This document shows positions 39,601 through 45,930 of a stretch of DNA of 62,650 nt, piece after piece; position 1 is the stretch's first letter; each line of letters starts with the position of its first letter. A program made the translations under genes and the position numbers. The stretch is from a virus (taxonomy: Duplodnaviria; Caudoviricetes): positions 1-62,650 of IMG/VR virus record IMGVR_UViG_3300028840_001431, one strand, 5' to 3'. A model generated the notes under the pieces. That model saw only the letters and a list, made by a program, of their open reading frames with translations, was not told where the DNA came from and did no database searches.

Positions 39601-40247
39601 AGGACGTTGTAACCTACGGGCTCCCCGGCTTGCTCGGTTGGGATCTTACGGGCTCCCTGAGCATTGAGGCTCCAAGTAACTGGAAAGACATTCTTGGGGT
39701 TCCTTATGCGGCTGTTACCGATACCATAAACATGGCTAAAAGCTTGGGATCAGGTCAAGCTTTCAGGGGCCTAGGAGAAAGCCCTTTCACTCCCTTAGTG
39801 GTTCGGAATATAATGAGAGGGATCGAACTTAGAACCGTTGGAGCCCGAACAAGGGGCGGGAGGGATATCAATGTTTACGGGGCCGAGGGGCCAAGAAAGA
39901 TAAGCCTTGGTGAAGCCATTGGGAAGGGGTTTGGGATTCAACCAGTATCATCAACGAAGGCATATGCTCAATATCAGGCCGTTCAGAAACTTGACACCTC
40001 TCTCAAAAATAGAACACGCTTATGGGCTGATAGATATACAAATGCTCTGAGAAGCAATGATCACCGAGAGATGAAGAAGATTATGAGTGAGGTAGGGGCA
40101 TGGAATGCCTCGGCTCGGAGAGATGGGAAATACCATCTGATCATTGATATCAAACGGTCAGTTGAGAACAGGCTGAAACCGGGGATATCCCGGCTGAGCA
40201 AAAAGGTCAGAAGCAGAGCATTAGAAATTTCAAAGACTTGGGATTAA
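24699..40247 (+). CDS. 5182-aa DarB-like large polyvalent protein (LPD1-like zincin, N6-MTase-like, SNF2 helicase, HExxH peptidase-like, LPD38-like C-terminus)
   Basis: HEWAHSWD...EMFARAFE (~29150-29500); RILDFAMGKG and DLVFTDMPH (~30700-30910); AHEVGTGKT (~32750); VVDEAHSFKN (~33240); QRNGRGLRYGN; HEAWH (~35600); FIEEIQSD. Confidence 0.85.
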   Translation: MAYFTTKLSDIVPGIDDTNPTRHLVQPAQQPSASQQIESSLMSRNDREYLDQLRRAHVPKGRPHLMGAVKSTALEALGGLGGLLEIPGEVISPLKQAGENVRNFYSQIADEDPDVQEYTKSVIEGREPWVGEFAGSLGPTGMAALLHTVPLAGRALATAYFYKLNKEEAEQLALDKGADPQRALWTGRVAGAINSALDIWGLDRIFAASQPAKNIGRFLLNLGMAGVSEGATEGLQEVISDMSSEFAAKPPEQDFGEFISGMEQRLPTFYNRFKEAALIGGPMGALFGGAAGGAAALQRRGRAKEAERQRVQTEQEAQERAQEAAQDQKRTNIADAVQMALVAEPGGPRDFILKGALIPAMTEQTGPATPAQRRALPEPQRALPEPQRMLPHSTIPPIEAGPFPLVPTEPRRPTEAPTTVLPIGEEAVEAGPYPIVPTEGPRTDIGRAGLARRVQQVAGIGEPTGEVIEMAQPAEEEAFEPVEPTVEVGEAAEVPELTKEEVDLKEAFRKAQEKAAAAEPKPERERTRFDDIADELGITYDGPHQGLEQFTTDSGYTFSLPPGQVTITSVRKAMPEDERPDFVPGPEREGAEPLEFTEPKLPADVHGIVMADPVDPDRQVFYRREQAGFLPEYDTDDADAAELLGKRIALKRGVGRPHKYGNLIRILERKGIPYRLLGKDETEDFSDKRISGIGSIDYIQDEYAVKYQGINEDGTRRWTYEGQVEEIAGKEFTTKGLDEDEVAAEIGKLEDEYIAEQTEAEEALPPEEEVEVEEEPEGETPPKEPKPEPTAEAKPDKEATLKILRRRQEDWNKQALKYEGGKGIPVGAEGVQYRWASDAMIIMQKAVEAGKTIDEAATEAKATARGWIEKHNARRPKDINWKRWEGAADTYIDDAVREVKRLEPEAITEEPEEVTEEAPEVREVAPEDVVNDAMKRVQEAAENAGADYSNTPMIEKAKIADVLWANTILTEIEDAAGNEYFSDGHWAIKKDQKKAYTPLQKRADKVKSIQPYRGEMKVKLEDIISTENNLPLTYVGTTQEENADPQAWYVDGMGNLRAINENIGTFFKSRIGALNFRGDPAKDISFNMYAGDELVGVIMPMRAPFPVEEVQLPEGAEIEEPEIEKGEAAEGEKPKKKKRKGRWTDTGREIHGKRASKDKSERIEAINVELDSNIDEKADPEAFLKAINKLTNKSKILKLDLPEGATPGTLRFLKTFRNKINGFNRWAAKEYKNWQDSTDKGAILRHLEANPEYQVNVKNQASEYIATLELLEEAIEETSTVQEARDKLWELFVEDPAIDKMRKVYPSRFKFTPFGESIVGMFAQAFPGADQWTRSSRNAFKWTFGKHADSEMADEEGADRNQAFEHRPGRRFNFMDIEDDPNKYRNGKDVDPKTLEKVFGFTGIKWGNWVSGREQQHVANLFYDGFHELMKAIGGAPARAISVPATDPALAIGFGGWGRGGRTAAHYQPSDHFIHLTKTKGDGSVSHEWAHSWDKGSKIDMSNNKDESLRDIDPLKDIKIALRTKYNFEAIREEAYQLLKGLHHETRQSRKNRVDKAKAWLRSHWKQISEEETQFYRDAKKLDAGKDPYYRTEVEMFARAFESWIADKIGSDALFIVDPEFVSGSYIKDHFNWDVDAYPSGEERERLNSLFENLFRNITWDKNGIPTVGPDFVPLFINTQREVEAELEKFLEKLDEIYNAIYGGKPSNDGLYWYAYLDTSRAPGMQPSGMVAYDDKYKVAEQIEEHEERGGIGAIGYSGPLIADDVVEMGLVPINHDKNDDTLYLGGANGQTSENWTDGNGALGEVSSQDGKQFEEKGTIVTDPEGSGRSLGEGDDGLGINEGGESSDSGGTDESGADISAGGTRADPGNGPGADPARINEDYAIGPRDYIDADLDQVRTFTNAISAIRILKEVEEGRYPATEGEQRILQAFPGWQAIKAELDRYSYGAIQNRHDMISGMLSRSEMNSARKFKNDSHATPLPVIDAIWETLQRFGFTSGRILDFAMGKGSIFGAMPKSMRKTSVLTGIEPDQIQRRIAKKLYPNQYITDTRFEETPLANNYFDLVFTDMPHTANRLSKPDPEHNPLGWESDPHWLNKAINHTREGGLIVAIAETELMDAPNNADARKNIGDKVDFLGAIRLPKQLYGDMSKDVIFLRKKGGGGVEIKKKAWEKVNAGARIPVNEYFVENPQMVLGQLELDNDPISYRITKYALSQDKADNVEREINDLATTDLPINIYFEEIPGTEIDLLKTIPEPDFVKDGAFVIEGKKLYQSIGGKPVEVKDSPRIRGMVGMRGTIRGLLRSYAAGETKAKTEKWRKALNKQYDEFVKKFGFVNAVPNVKAFIQDPDAPLLLTLERWDHERQKSLGKTAIFEPGFFKPVTPPTSAKNSSEALNLSLAWKSRIDFPWMTRLSGVPRDQLISELKGKIYDDPEVGWVTADEYLSGNVKHKLRVAQKMAEVNKKQYGPNVRALKKVIPADLQSHEINVRLGAAWVPPKVIGEFMKDLTFEYNVKAEYSPVLGKWQIKFTGASKAAAKRNKDSAVRSTEATSEWGTSDVNFFDLLGYALNGGFPDVKRVAVDSKGMPHTDENGRKIMVPDVEATDAANYKLEQIKERFSQWVWEDQARLRNLTRIYNEKVNAYVKRVHKGDHLVFPGKVPNAIFDFMDHQKNAVWRFLQQGSVYFAHEVGTGKTFSIIGSVMEARRLGRAKKPIVAVQNATFDQYKRDWATAYPAANVLFAKIPKKEGPERSAILKKISSGDYDAIVVNHHSLSFLEVSPTAQIEQLRKEQAELNESLGILSLQGAGEETIRKISGAVARLEDRIESLSGAPTTNEVYFDNIGADMIVVDEAHSFKNLDIKTSYGNVKGIDSAGAPWSMNLYRKIQYIRNRYGKNIILASGTPLTNSVGELYTIARYVQPDMLAAHHLQGFDAWANTFGLISNESELTPTGTGYVNSTRFKSFVNIPELVNIFQQNVDLIRVTESKKEAQEKDEFIWIPRPKIKGGKPQTIIVPQSDHVKEFQRELVHRALALKNDRQAQWDGKQDAMTRMIKEGRTMAIDARLHDPKLSDQPDTKLNYAVKEIKRIYDKKHKAHDWDQGGKEYTEDKGVVLVFLDIGTPGGALEKRTKFSPYGDMKKKLIKAGIPEKEIAFIHDVPDKEGRRRLMGQVKEGKIRVLMGSTNKMGIGVNVQTRVAGILHVDVDWNYANYEQRNGRGLRYGNNIDEIEIINIGTAGTVDAFMWEVVARKAHVLGQVLSMNPNLREVEDISQDASNAYEYVSHLVDDKLAKKKVELDREVRILRNARSSHQAGTNRARFRAATIPEEIAANEANVEALNEQLEKHKNITHVQIGDEPFSLKKKGPEITKRIKEKWDKTSKATKEKLKKDPTLKASVALLGGEVKDTQGDGKSFVGNDIKIVIQWGPVTKKWLMRLDGEGVSSIMDDLGKSVSRLISRIKAPIQSEIDSLNENTQKLNDELPKIAARIDAPFEKEEEFRVKDAERRDLEKQLLDKQRKMEREFAEQQKKKGKEPTHLAVDEAPYTFSKRQMISAKRVAKLIPKWLRSAGLPKEVIDKINVKLQPFVDLTDLDIEQTLTSYGEMGVPVTNILGATTFNEYKAIMQLSLAMQNQAKLEETVIHEAWHIIKGWLMPKADIDAIGKHYRNEEEEARAFARFVLRYRNRLKGVPSPIRRIFMKIKRALQLIGNGLRGRGFTRPEDFFGTAMVGAYSRPHYVRGRTADFGGTTIALAGEPNPVPWASHQLIYAVRNNYDKMPRKVQSLKNWVRKQAKPSEIEWLDVDAIIDEVQKDGKVQPESLLMGLARNQVHLQEVLKTSPLDATEDPWKGEDIYYDEDGNVAGHPKVYEPWWLDYWARDVDELRKEVESNPNHELHFTAAIDPDMSWEEFKAFKRAADRPPILNTPNRYQANTSIGTIDANPVVEVKDGKAYVKKYEYFVEGSKVFESPDPRFKEIEINIKDIYEQRADRERPEITQYHGYTIPGGEGYRELLFIYDRDGAKWEHPHWSKENVLGWVRFDERVDKDGKKLLFIEEIQSDWLQRAKKVGFDEDDFEAAAGQRLEEIPKAPFLKNWHEVFFKRMLRYAAENGYDKIAWTTGDQQIARYPGVGKPEGLKVFYDERIPGFAKRYTKRWGAKYGKGSIVESNVEINVMPTSKYDKINKTAMAKFYPDDKWMVTIRNKGNKGTGNEERKFPTEEQARNYAKRKEDSLGANIGEVHHVSITPEMRESVMFKGQTWFNVDATREANEAIRGLNEVDPMTTIKDGYKGLFQSIDDRFGKGYTDNDMKVLRKILGLPYFVGKKFKSTEELVDTEIKAHERRAKELFDDYEGGLGQVQEEIPKDKQALADLKELIWGWNGKRMPRSHVPTNAINVPSEPREDLTVNENHYSEVRNYLVKHEGFRPDVVEAFLTIRRTLDRKLVDIDKTMRVESLDPDLIAEYRAQIGRIDNYFPMRRTGDSYVQIINELEEDPEKRVVYREHYNSLNRFKNSGKKVRARAEQWLQNAIADGIVDGRPQDFDISLGKVTSLPDEVFFQIPVEGMQKVAEEAGRRLERSRVKREAERLMRLAKKEGKELTEEQAYKKASNILRADMEKALSKAIAEVLKSRGWARHAIRRRGVPGHETEDIFGILHDYLAGYAGFKAKIWRARRHHETLSKIPAKIRPKEYEFNSKYVRDVLANQGKTDRIIDGLRSVFFVKYLGFVPKSGLINLTQNVVVAAPILSQYTKNPHRKLARAMKDARQALTTVEAWKGKTPKYASLTEEELEAVKALHEEGAVMDMMLRELKGSLPGSGWGKYWRKVVDKSGIFMQMAEKFNRVSTGLAAFRIAKNELGMGQAEAVEWAKKRIYDSHFLYGSANLPEWARGGDWQKYVRSAYTFRSFTHNYLSLMHHLLSQQTPETRRAFALSMRNLFIVGGLTSMPFFKLFADMLYSLLDWDEDDIFTDIRQGLPYDWTKDVVTYGLPGLLGWDLTGSLSIEAPSNWKDILGVPYAAVTDTINMAKSLGSGQAFRGLGESPFTPLVVRNIMRGIELRTVGARTRGGRDINVYGAEGPRKISLGEAIGKGFGIQPVSSTKAYAQYQAVQKLDTSLKNRTRLWADRYTNALRSNDHREMKKIMSEVGAWNASARRDGKYHLIIDIKRSVENRLKPGISRLSKKVRSRALEISKTWD
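30064..30336 (+). CDS. Nested out-of-frame TnpV-like small protein
   Basis: AGGGGGAG RBS; IGQMAMEHWGKYRPKMVSSLKRRGLLLPILKEVEE...AEELMNRGLIFLPEE resembles TnpV-type proteins; the host frame here is a low-complexity G/D/E/S linker. Confidence 0.55.
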   Translation: MAKLQRIGQMAMEHWGKYRPKMVSSLKRRGLLLPILKEVEEAWERGMTDLVSTKGVNPRIAEELMNRGLIFLPEEPEPIPEMVRGLIPLE

Positions 40248-40260
40248 GAGGAGAGAGAAA

Positions 40261-41094
40261 ATGGGAAAACGAATCTTGATGCTTTTGGTGGTTTTTGCGT
40301 TTACCCTTTTGAACGGGGACGCATTTGCTAAGGTGAGAACCTATGAGATGTTTCTGAATACGGGAATCATCCAAGGGGAAGGAGAACCATTCAACGTTGA
40401 TGCCGGAACAACTGTGACAGGCGTAACCAATGTCATTGTTGGTGGTTCTGGCATGAATCGTCAAGCGGGCTCCAAAACCATTCCATGGGAAGATGACGCC
40501 GGAAAGGTTTGGGTGGTCGAGCTTGCCTCAGCCGTTGTGAGTGAACATGCTCAAGGCCAAGGGGGTGATAATTCAGGTACGACCTTCAGCCTTTGGGCTC
40601 TTGGTGCGATCAACGGGAACTTTGACGCGGCTCGGCGGCAATACCTGTTTTTTGAGCAGGACCTAGGAGCAACTTCCCCTTATGTTACATCTTGGGAGCC
40701 GATACCGGGATGTGATTATCAATTTCGGTTTGAATCCGTTGGAGTAACAGACTTTGATAGGGCAAAGTTTGTGCTCAAGACAGGATTCCCCGCAAATTTC
40801 AAGCTTAGCGGGGCCTTTGTTCTGGATGAGTCTCAATATGTAATCAATGCTAATTCGGGAGTTAGTACCCTGACCATACCTGATGGGGCGTGGAAGATGT
40901 TCATTGGAGTGAAGGGGAACGATGTAGCTTGGTCCCTTGATCCTGATGAAAATGTCATCACATCAAGCGGTATGGTTTTGAATGATGGAGATTATTTGAC
41001 TCTCGATGATTATAACCAAATTAACAACTTTTCATTCGCCTTAGAGGATGGCGGCTCGGGTGCTACCGTTTGGGCGGTTGCCTTGAGTAAGTAG
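40261..41094 (+). CDS. Signal-peptide-bearing beta-rich protein
   Basis: MGKRILMLLVVFAFTLLNGDAFA-KV. Confidence 0.65.
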   Translation: MGKRILMLLVVFAFTLLNGDAFAKVRTYEMFLNTGIIQGEGEPFNVDAGTTVTGVTNVIVGGSGMNRQAGSKTIPWEDDAGKVWVVELASAVVSEHAQGQGGDNSGTTFSLWALGAINGNFDAARRQYLFFEQDLGATSPYVTSWEPIPGCDYQFRFESVGVTDFDRAKFVLKTGFPANFKLSGAFVLDESQYVINANSGVSTLTIPDGAWKMFIGVKGNDVAWSLDPDENVITSSGMVLNDGDYLTLDDYNQINNFSFALEDGGSGATVWAVALSK

Positions 41095-41107
41095 GAGGGT
41101 TCAACCT

Positions 41108-42013
41108 ATGAAAAAGCTTTTTGCTCTGACTTCAATTTTTCTTTCTCTTCTGTTTTGTGGTTTCGCGTTTGGGGCCGGGAACGTTGTCATTGAGGACCAA
41201 ACCCTCACGACCGATCAACTAACAGGCCCCGGCATGATCATGAATGATGTGACTCTCCATGCCGGAGAAATCATCATTTGGGATCAGGGGACTAGCACGA
41301 ACCCGGATGGCCCCGGTACGTGCTCGGCCCCGGAGCAACCCACTACAACGGTTCTTCTGCTCCATTTTGATTATGGGGAGCTTGAAGAGTCCGGGTCCAC
41401 CAATTTCGTTGATTGTAGCGGGTCAACCGATTCTCCTCATTCCATCTTTGCTGGTCCTCCCCCCGGAGTTCAAGGTGATATTCACATGAATTCAGGGGCA
41501 AAAAAGTTCGGAAGGTCCGGGGCTCGGCTTGATGGTACGGGGGATTATCTCGTTTGGGAATGCGTTGACGGTGATGACCTCGACCCCCGCAAGATGGAAT
41601 TTACCGTTGAGTTATTCATTAAGACCACCCAAAACGTTGGGTTTTCAGTCATCTTTGCTACGCAAGAAGCGGCTCCCGATTTCTGGTTTGGGATGAATGA
41701 TGGTAAGGCCGCTGTATATAACTCGGTCCATGGGATGAATACTTCGACCGGGGCCGATATTGCTAACGGTCAATGGAATCATATTCTATGGTCACGGGAC
41801 TCGACCAATACGATGAGAATCTTCGTGAATGGGTCCGTTGATCATACCGTCAACAACTGGACCGATGACATCTATGATGGGGATTCAAATAGAACCGTTG
41901 GATGGGACGGGGCAAACCCCGCGTTCAATGGTGACATGGATGAACTTCGGTTTCAGATCGGTGATGGGGTTGGTGTGAGCCAAGCATTCAATCCACCTGA
42001 AGAGCCATATTAA
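41108..42013 (+). CDS. LamG/concanavalin-A-like domain protein (tail fibre/adhesin-like) with signal peptide
   Basis: TVLLLHFD...KKFGRSGARLDGTGDYL...FTVELFI...GQWNHI...FNGDMDELR. Confidence 0.75.
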   Translation: MKKLFALTSIFLSLLFCGFAFGAGNVVIEDQTLTTDQLTGPGMIMNDVTLHAGEIIIWDQGTSTNPDGPGTCSAPEQPTTTVLLLHFDYGELEESGSTNFVDCSGSTDSPHSIFAGPPPGVQGDIHMNSGAKKFGRSGARLDGTGDYLVWECVDGDDLDPRKMEFTVELFIKTTQNVGFSVIFATQEAAPDFWFGMNDGKAAVYNSVHGMNTSTGADIANGQWNHILWSRDSTNTMRIFVNGSVDHTVNNWTDDIYDGDSNRTVGWDGANPAFNGDMDELRFQIGDGVGVSQAFNPPEEPY

Positions 42014-42044
42014 ACCCTCTTAAATCCACGAAGGGAGGGTTGTC

Positions 42045-42407
42045 ATGACCCCCGATAGCATATTTGTCATCATTAATGACTGGCTTTTACATTTGCTTGC
42101 CGGAGTTCTATTGTCGGCGTTTGCATATCTGATCGGAGTCAGGAAAGCAGAGAAAACGACCATGAGCAAAGCAGATTGTGAGATACTCCGCAAATCGAGT
42201 GATGAGTTGCATCAGAAAGACGATGTGATTCATGATCAAAAGCTTCAATTAATCCAGAACGATGTTCAAGCATTGTCTAGGAAAGTCGATGACATATGTA
42301 AGGGGTTAGCCTCTCTTCGTGGAACTGTTATTGATTACTTCGGAAGGCAGGGATATCAGGATAGGAGAAAGGCTCCCGGTGAGGTATGTGATCTTGACTC
42401 AGATTAA
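42045..42407 (+). CDS. Membrane-anchored coiled-coil protein (holin/spanin-like)
   Basis: One TM segment then coiled coil; lysis-module position. Confidence 0.45.
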   Translation: MTPDSIFVIINDWLLHLLAGVLLSAFAYLIGVRKAEKTTMSKADCEILRKSSDELHQKDDVIHDQKLQLIQNDVQALSRKVDDICKGLASLRGTVIDYFGRQGYQDRRKAPGEVCDLDSD

Positions 42408-42452
42408 TAAATATGTTACCATAAATAAAAACTAAGATTGGAGGATCAAAAA

Positions 42453-42935
42453 ATGCTAGACAGATTGTTAAACAGCAAATGGTTTTTGAATGGAATCCTG
42501 TGCCTTTGCCTGACCATTATCCTCGTTTTCTATGGGTGCGGGACGATGCCCGTCAAGGCTCCCCCAATCCCCGAGGGGTGCGAAGATTCCCTATGGTATA
42601 AGCACTATGGGGAGTTCAAGGTTGGGAGCCTTCTGATCAAAGGCGGGATTAGCGAGTTCGTTGCCGCGTATCCTGAGCATCAGGAAGAGGTCATCTCTGG
42701 ACTGAAAGAAATAGAGAGGCTTCTCAAATCCCCCGCCGCAACATACGCAATGCTTGGAACGGCTATCCTTAATGATATTGAATGGCTTGCGGAAAAGGCG
42801 GGAGGAAAGAGGATTGTCCTTGCGGGTGAGATGGTCAGTCTTTTCGTTGAAAGCGATCTTACCATTAATCAGCTATGTGATGCACCCGCGTTCCTCAGTG
42901 AAGCAAGACAACTCATTTGGTATGCCGGGGGGTAA
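42453..42935 (+). CDS. Lipoprotein
   Basis: Lipobox-like LVFYG-C after a hydrophobic stretch. Confidence 0.55.
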   Translation: MLDRLLNSKWFLNGILCLCLTIILVFYGCGTMPVKAPPIPEGCEDSLWYKHYGEFKVGSLLIKGGISEFVAAYPEHQEEVISGLKEIERLLKSPAATYAMLGTAILNDIEWLAEKAGGKRIVLAGEMVSLFVESDLTINQLCDAPAFLSEARQLIWYAGG

Positions 42936-42936
42936 A

Positions 42937-43251
42937 ATGCCGAGCTACCGAGACATCATATCAGGTGTTCTTGTCTTAGCCGTGGCCGCTATTTTTGCTC
43001 AGTCATTCGTCATCCTTCCGAACAAGATCAACGATGACAAGGAAAAGATAAAGGCGAAGGTTGAGGACAAGTATGCAAGTAAGGGAATGGTCCTCGGTAT
43101 TACGGGCAAGCATGAAGATAGAATCAGAGATCTTGAGGCTATTCCACGTTTGACAGAAAAACTTTGTGCTCAGATCGAATCCTTACAGAAGGACGTTGTT
43201 AGGCTGAGGACTCTTGTTGATCGGCTAGATCAAAAGATTGACCGCATGTAG
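42937..43251 (+). CDS. Membrane-anchored coiled-coil protein
   Basis: MPSYRDIISGVLVLAVAAIFAQSFVIL plus coiled coil. Confidence 0.5.
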   Translation: MPSYRDIISGVLVLAVAAIFAQSFVILPNKINDDKEKIKAKVEDKYASKGMVLGITGKHEDRIRDLEAIPRLTEKLCAQIESLQKDVVRLRTLVDRLDQKIDRM

Positions 43252-43263
43252 GGGGGGGATAAG

Positions 43264-43560
43264 ATGGCAAACGGAATTGAGGTCATTCAAAACAAGTTCC
43301 TGAAGCTCGTGTGGATACTCACTAACCGCGATTGGACCAACGAGATGGTCATTATCGGGGTCATCGTTCTTGCATGTTGGGATCTCTCCAATGTTGGGAA
43401 AGACGGGACCGCGACTCTTGCTAATACGATTGGTGGGGGTTTGATCGGGTATCTTACGAGGGCCGTTCAGGATATGAAGGAAAGTGCAAAGATCCTTCAG
43501 TTTCCCGCCCCTACCCCGGAACCTAAGGAACCTGAGGCAAGGACGGGAACTGACAACTAA
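43264..43560 (+). CDS. Small two-TM protein (holin-like)
   Basis: Two hydrophobic segments; last gene of the rightward late unit. Confidence 0.45.
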   Translation: MANGIEVIQNKFLKLVWILTNRDWTNEMVIIGVIVLACWDLSNVGKDGTATLANTIGGGLIGYLTRAVQDMKESAKILQFPAPTPEPKEPEARTGTDN

Positions 43561-44339
43561 TCCCCTACGGGATCATCTTCGTTCGTTGTTCCCTTGCTCT
43601 TCTTAGCTTTCTCTAAGCCCCAAAGAACATCGAGGACGGTTTTCCGGCCCGCGTCTTGGTCTGGAACGTCCTCGATTCCTTTATAACCAAATCCTTTGAT
43701 TATCTCATCGAATTCGTTCCCCAATAGCTTCTTGAGCCTTTCCCCTTCCGCAATGAATGCAAACCTGTCCTTCAGGGGATCAGGGGTTTCTTTCGGTTCC
43801 GGGCTCCCGCCGATGATACTGGCAAGGGATTTGATTTTTTCAACCGCTTTATCGTAATTATTGAAATAGAAATAATGACGGTTGACAAGATACCCGTGCA
43901 TAGCCGCGTAATCATCGAGCCTCAGTTTTTCTAGGGCCTCGGGATGAACGCTGAGCCATGCTTTAAGGGCCTCTTGAGATGCCGCGACGAAAAAGGTTCT
44001 AATGTCGTCCCTTCCTTTGCCGTTTGTGGGTTGCTGTCCTGTAGGACCCCTAGAACCTGAGGGTTGACCATCGGGAGGTGGCGAAGGGGAATCGTCGGAA
44101 ACCTTGATCTCATCAACCTCATAGTTCGTATATTCTCCATCCTGCTTCTCCTCATATTCAAGGAGGTCTATCTTCATCCCCTTGAATGGTTTGGGCCTTT
44201 TCTTCTTGGATGGGAAAACAGAGAACCACTTATCTGATTTGTCGGTTTTGAATTTCCAAAACTCCCAAGGCCCGTTTTGATTCTCCCCTTTTTTCTTGAG
44301 AGTCGCTTCTGTTACGACACTCCCGATTTCTCTAGGCAT
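43557..44339 (-). CDS. Putative ssDNA-binding/annealing protein
   Basis: OB-like N-terminus (KKGENQNGPWEFWKF), P/G/Q linker, acidic end; recombination operon. Confidence 0.4.
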   Translation of the reverse strand: MPREIGSVVTEATLKKKGENQNGPWEFWKFKTDKSDKWFSVFPSKKKRPKPFKGMKIDLLEYEEKQDGEYTNYEVDEIKVSDDSPSPPPDGQPSGSRGPTGQQPTNGKGRDDIRTFFVAASQEALKAWLSVHPEALEKLRLDDYAAMHGYLVNRHYFYFNNYDKAVEKIKSLASIIGGSPEPKETPDPLKDRFAFIAEGERLKKLLGNEFDEIIKGFGYKGIEDVPDQDAGRKTVLDVLWGLEKAKKSKGTTNEDDPVGD

Positions 44340-44682
44340 AGAGCAACTCCTCGTAATTGACCTCTTTCCATATGCTCACCTTTCTACCGTTGCAACTTTT
44401 GAGGCAAGCATAGGGAACGTCACGATCATGGAAATGTTTGACCCAATTATATAGGTGAGGATCATTCGGAAGCAAGTCAGGAACAAAATCGTCAAGGTGA
44501 CGTTTTGGGTCCCTGAGAATGCTCATGATCTCACCTATCTTCCAATGGGGCTCAAGACTCGGATGGCCTGATCTGTGAATGCTACCATGGATAATGCGAT
44601 CAAACCGAAACCGGGACTCGTTATAAAGCCTCTTGTGTAATACCTTCGGTTGAACGATTTGAATGACGGTAGCCCTACCCAC
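44332..44682 (-). CDS. Hypothetical protein
   Basis: Coupled within the operon. Confidence 0.45.
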   Translation of the reverse strand: MGRATVIQIVQPKVLHKRLYNESRFRFDRIIHGSIHRSGHPSLEPHWKIGEIMSILRDPKRHLDDFVPDLLPNDPHLYNWVKHFHDRDVPYACLKSCNGRKVSIWKEVNYEELLYA

Positions 44683-45589
44683 GATATGACCTCCCCATCT
44701 GCCAGCATTCGTTAGCTACTTCACAGTAATCAGCACAACGCCGACCGTTCCAAGCATCCTCGGGAGAGCATTCATTAACGTCCCCGGTCTTGTGAGCATG
44801 GTCAACCTGAGCCCTGAGGTCCTCATAGTAGGCTTCAACGATGTCATCGGGCTCAAAGGGAACATCAACTAGGTAGGTGTTTTCCCGGAGTCCCCGGCTG
44901 TTTGCAACGGCGAGGCCCCCATCTCGGACGATGAAAAAGACCTTCATTCGGGAAACCGTTCGGCCCGTTTTCTGGACAAGAATCCGATACATATTGATTT
45001 GGAAAACAAGGCCATAATCGAGCTTTGATTTCTCGATATCAAAGGCCATTGTCGTCTTGGGTTGGCCCTTCTTCTTGCCTTTCACATAGAGGATGGGCTC
45101 ATTGGTTACGGGGTCAAGAAGCTGAGTCTCATATCCACCGACCGCCGGGACAACCTTGAAAGATCCCCAAGTCTTATGATCGATGAGCACATAAGGGTCA
45201 TCATACTTGGCAAACTTGCTAGGTGGGTACTCATCGGGCTCAAGGAGATCGAGGATGCCCTTAATCTTGCTATCCCCAACCTCTTCCTCAGCAAAAAGAT
45301 CATAGGTGAATTCAGACATAGCAAGCTTTGCATGGGTAGCGACACCAAGGACAGAGAAGGCACGATTAGAGGGCTTGACGGCATAATCAACCACCCTCTT
45401 GAGGTGGATTAGCCTTGCCCCGTTCCCTGCCATGGAAGGGGTGATTCCCCTCCATTCACGGTCAAAAGCGATTGATCTAAGGTAAGGTATGGGAGCACAC
45501 CTTTTTTCAAGACGACAACCCCGGTGAGATAGACAATCCCCGGTGAGGATCTTCCCGTCATCAGGGCAAATGAATTGGGTTAATGGCAT
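44675..45589 (-). CDS. Cas4-like PD-(D/E)xK exonuclease
   Basis: GILDLL...LIDHKTWG...QINMYR...RRCADYCEVANEC; AGGAG RBS before ATG 45589. Confidence 0.75.
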   Translation of the reverse strand: MPLTQFICPDDGKILTGDCLSHRGCRLEKRCAPIPYLRSIAFDREWRGITPSMAGNGARLIHLKRVVDYAVKPSNRAFSVLGVATHAKLAMSEFTYDLFAEEEVGDSKIKGILDLLEPDEYPPSKFAKYDDPYVLIDHKTWGSFKVVPAVGGYETQLLDPVTNEPILYVKGKKKGQPKTTMAFDIEKSKLDYGLVFQINMYRILVQKTGRTVSRMKVFFIVRDGGLAVANSRGLRENTYLVDVPFEPDDIVEAYYEDLRAQVDHAHKTGDVNECSPEDAWNGRRCADYCEVANECWQMGRSYRG

Positions 45590-45744
45590 GTTTCTTCTCC
45601 TTTTGTTGTGGGACCTCTTGAGTCCCTTTCCTGAGAATAAACCGGGAGGGTATGAAGTCACACTCCTCCCGGTCGGCCCATGTCATACCGAGGGCTTTAC
45701 ACCTCGGAAAATGAAAACAATCATTGCAAGTTAGGACCCTCATT

Positions 45745-45927
45745 TCAGCTTTCCTTATTTTCTGTTTGGAGATCGATCTCAATGATTGTATCGATTCCTT
45801 GAATATACATATCCCGCTCACACTTAGAGCAATTAATGGTATCACCAACGCCTAGATCATAGTAATCATCAATTTGCTGTTCATGCCCACAATGCAAACA
45901 GGTTATCATTGGGAGTGATTGCCACAT
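45745..45927 (-). CDS. Small zinc-ribbon protein
   Basis: CLHC...CSKC; GGAG RBS. Confidence 0.55.
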   Translation of the reverse strand: MWQSLPMITCLHCGHEQQIDDYYDLGVGDTINCSKCERDMYIQGIDTIIEIDLQTENKES

Positions 45928-45930
45928 TAG

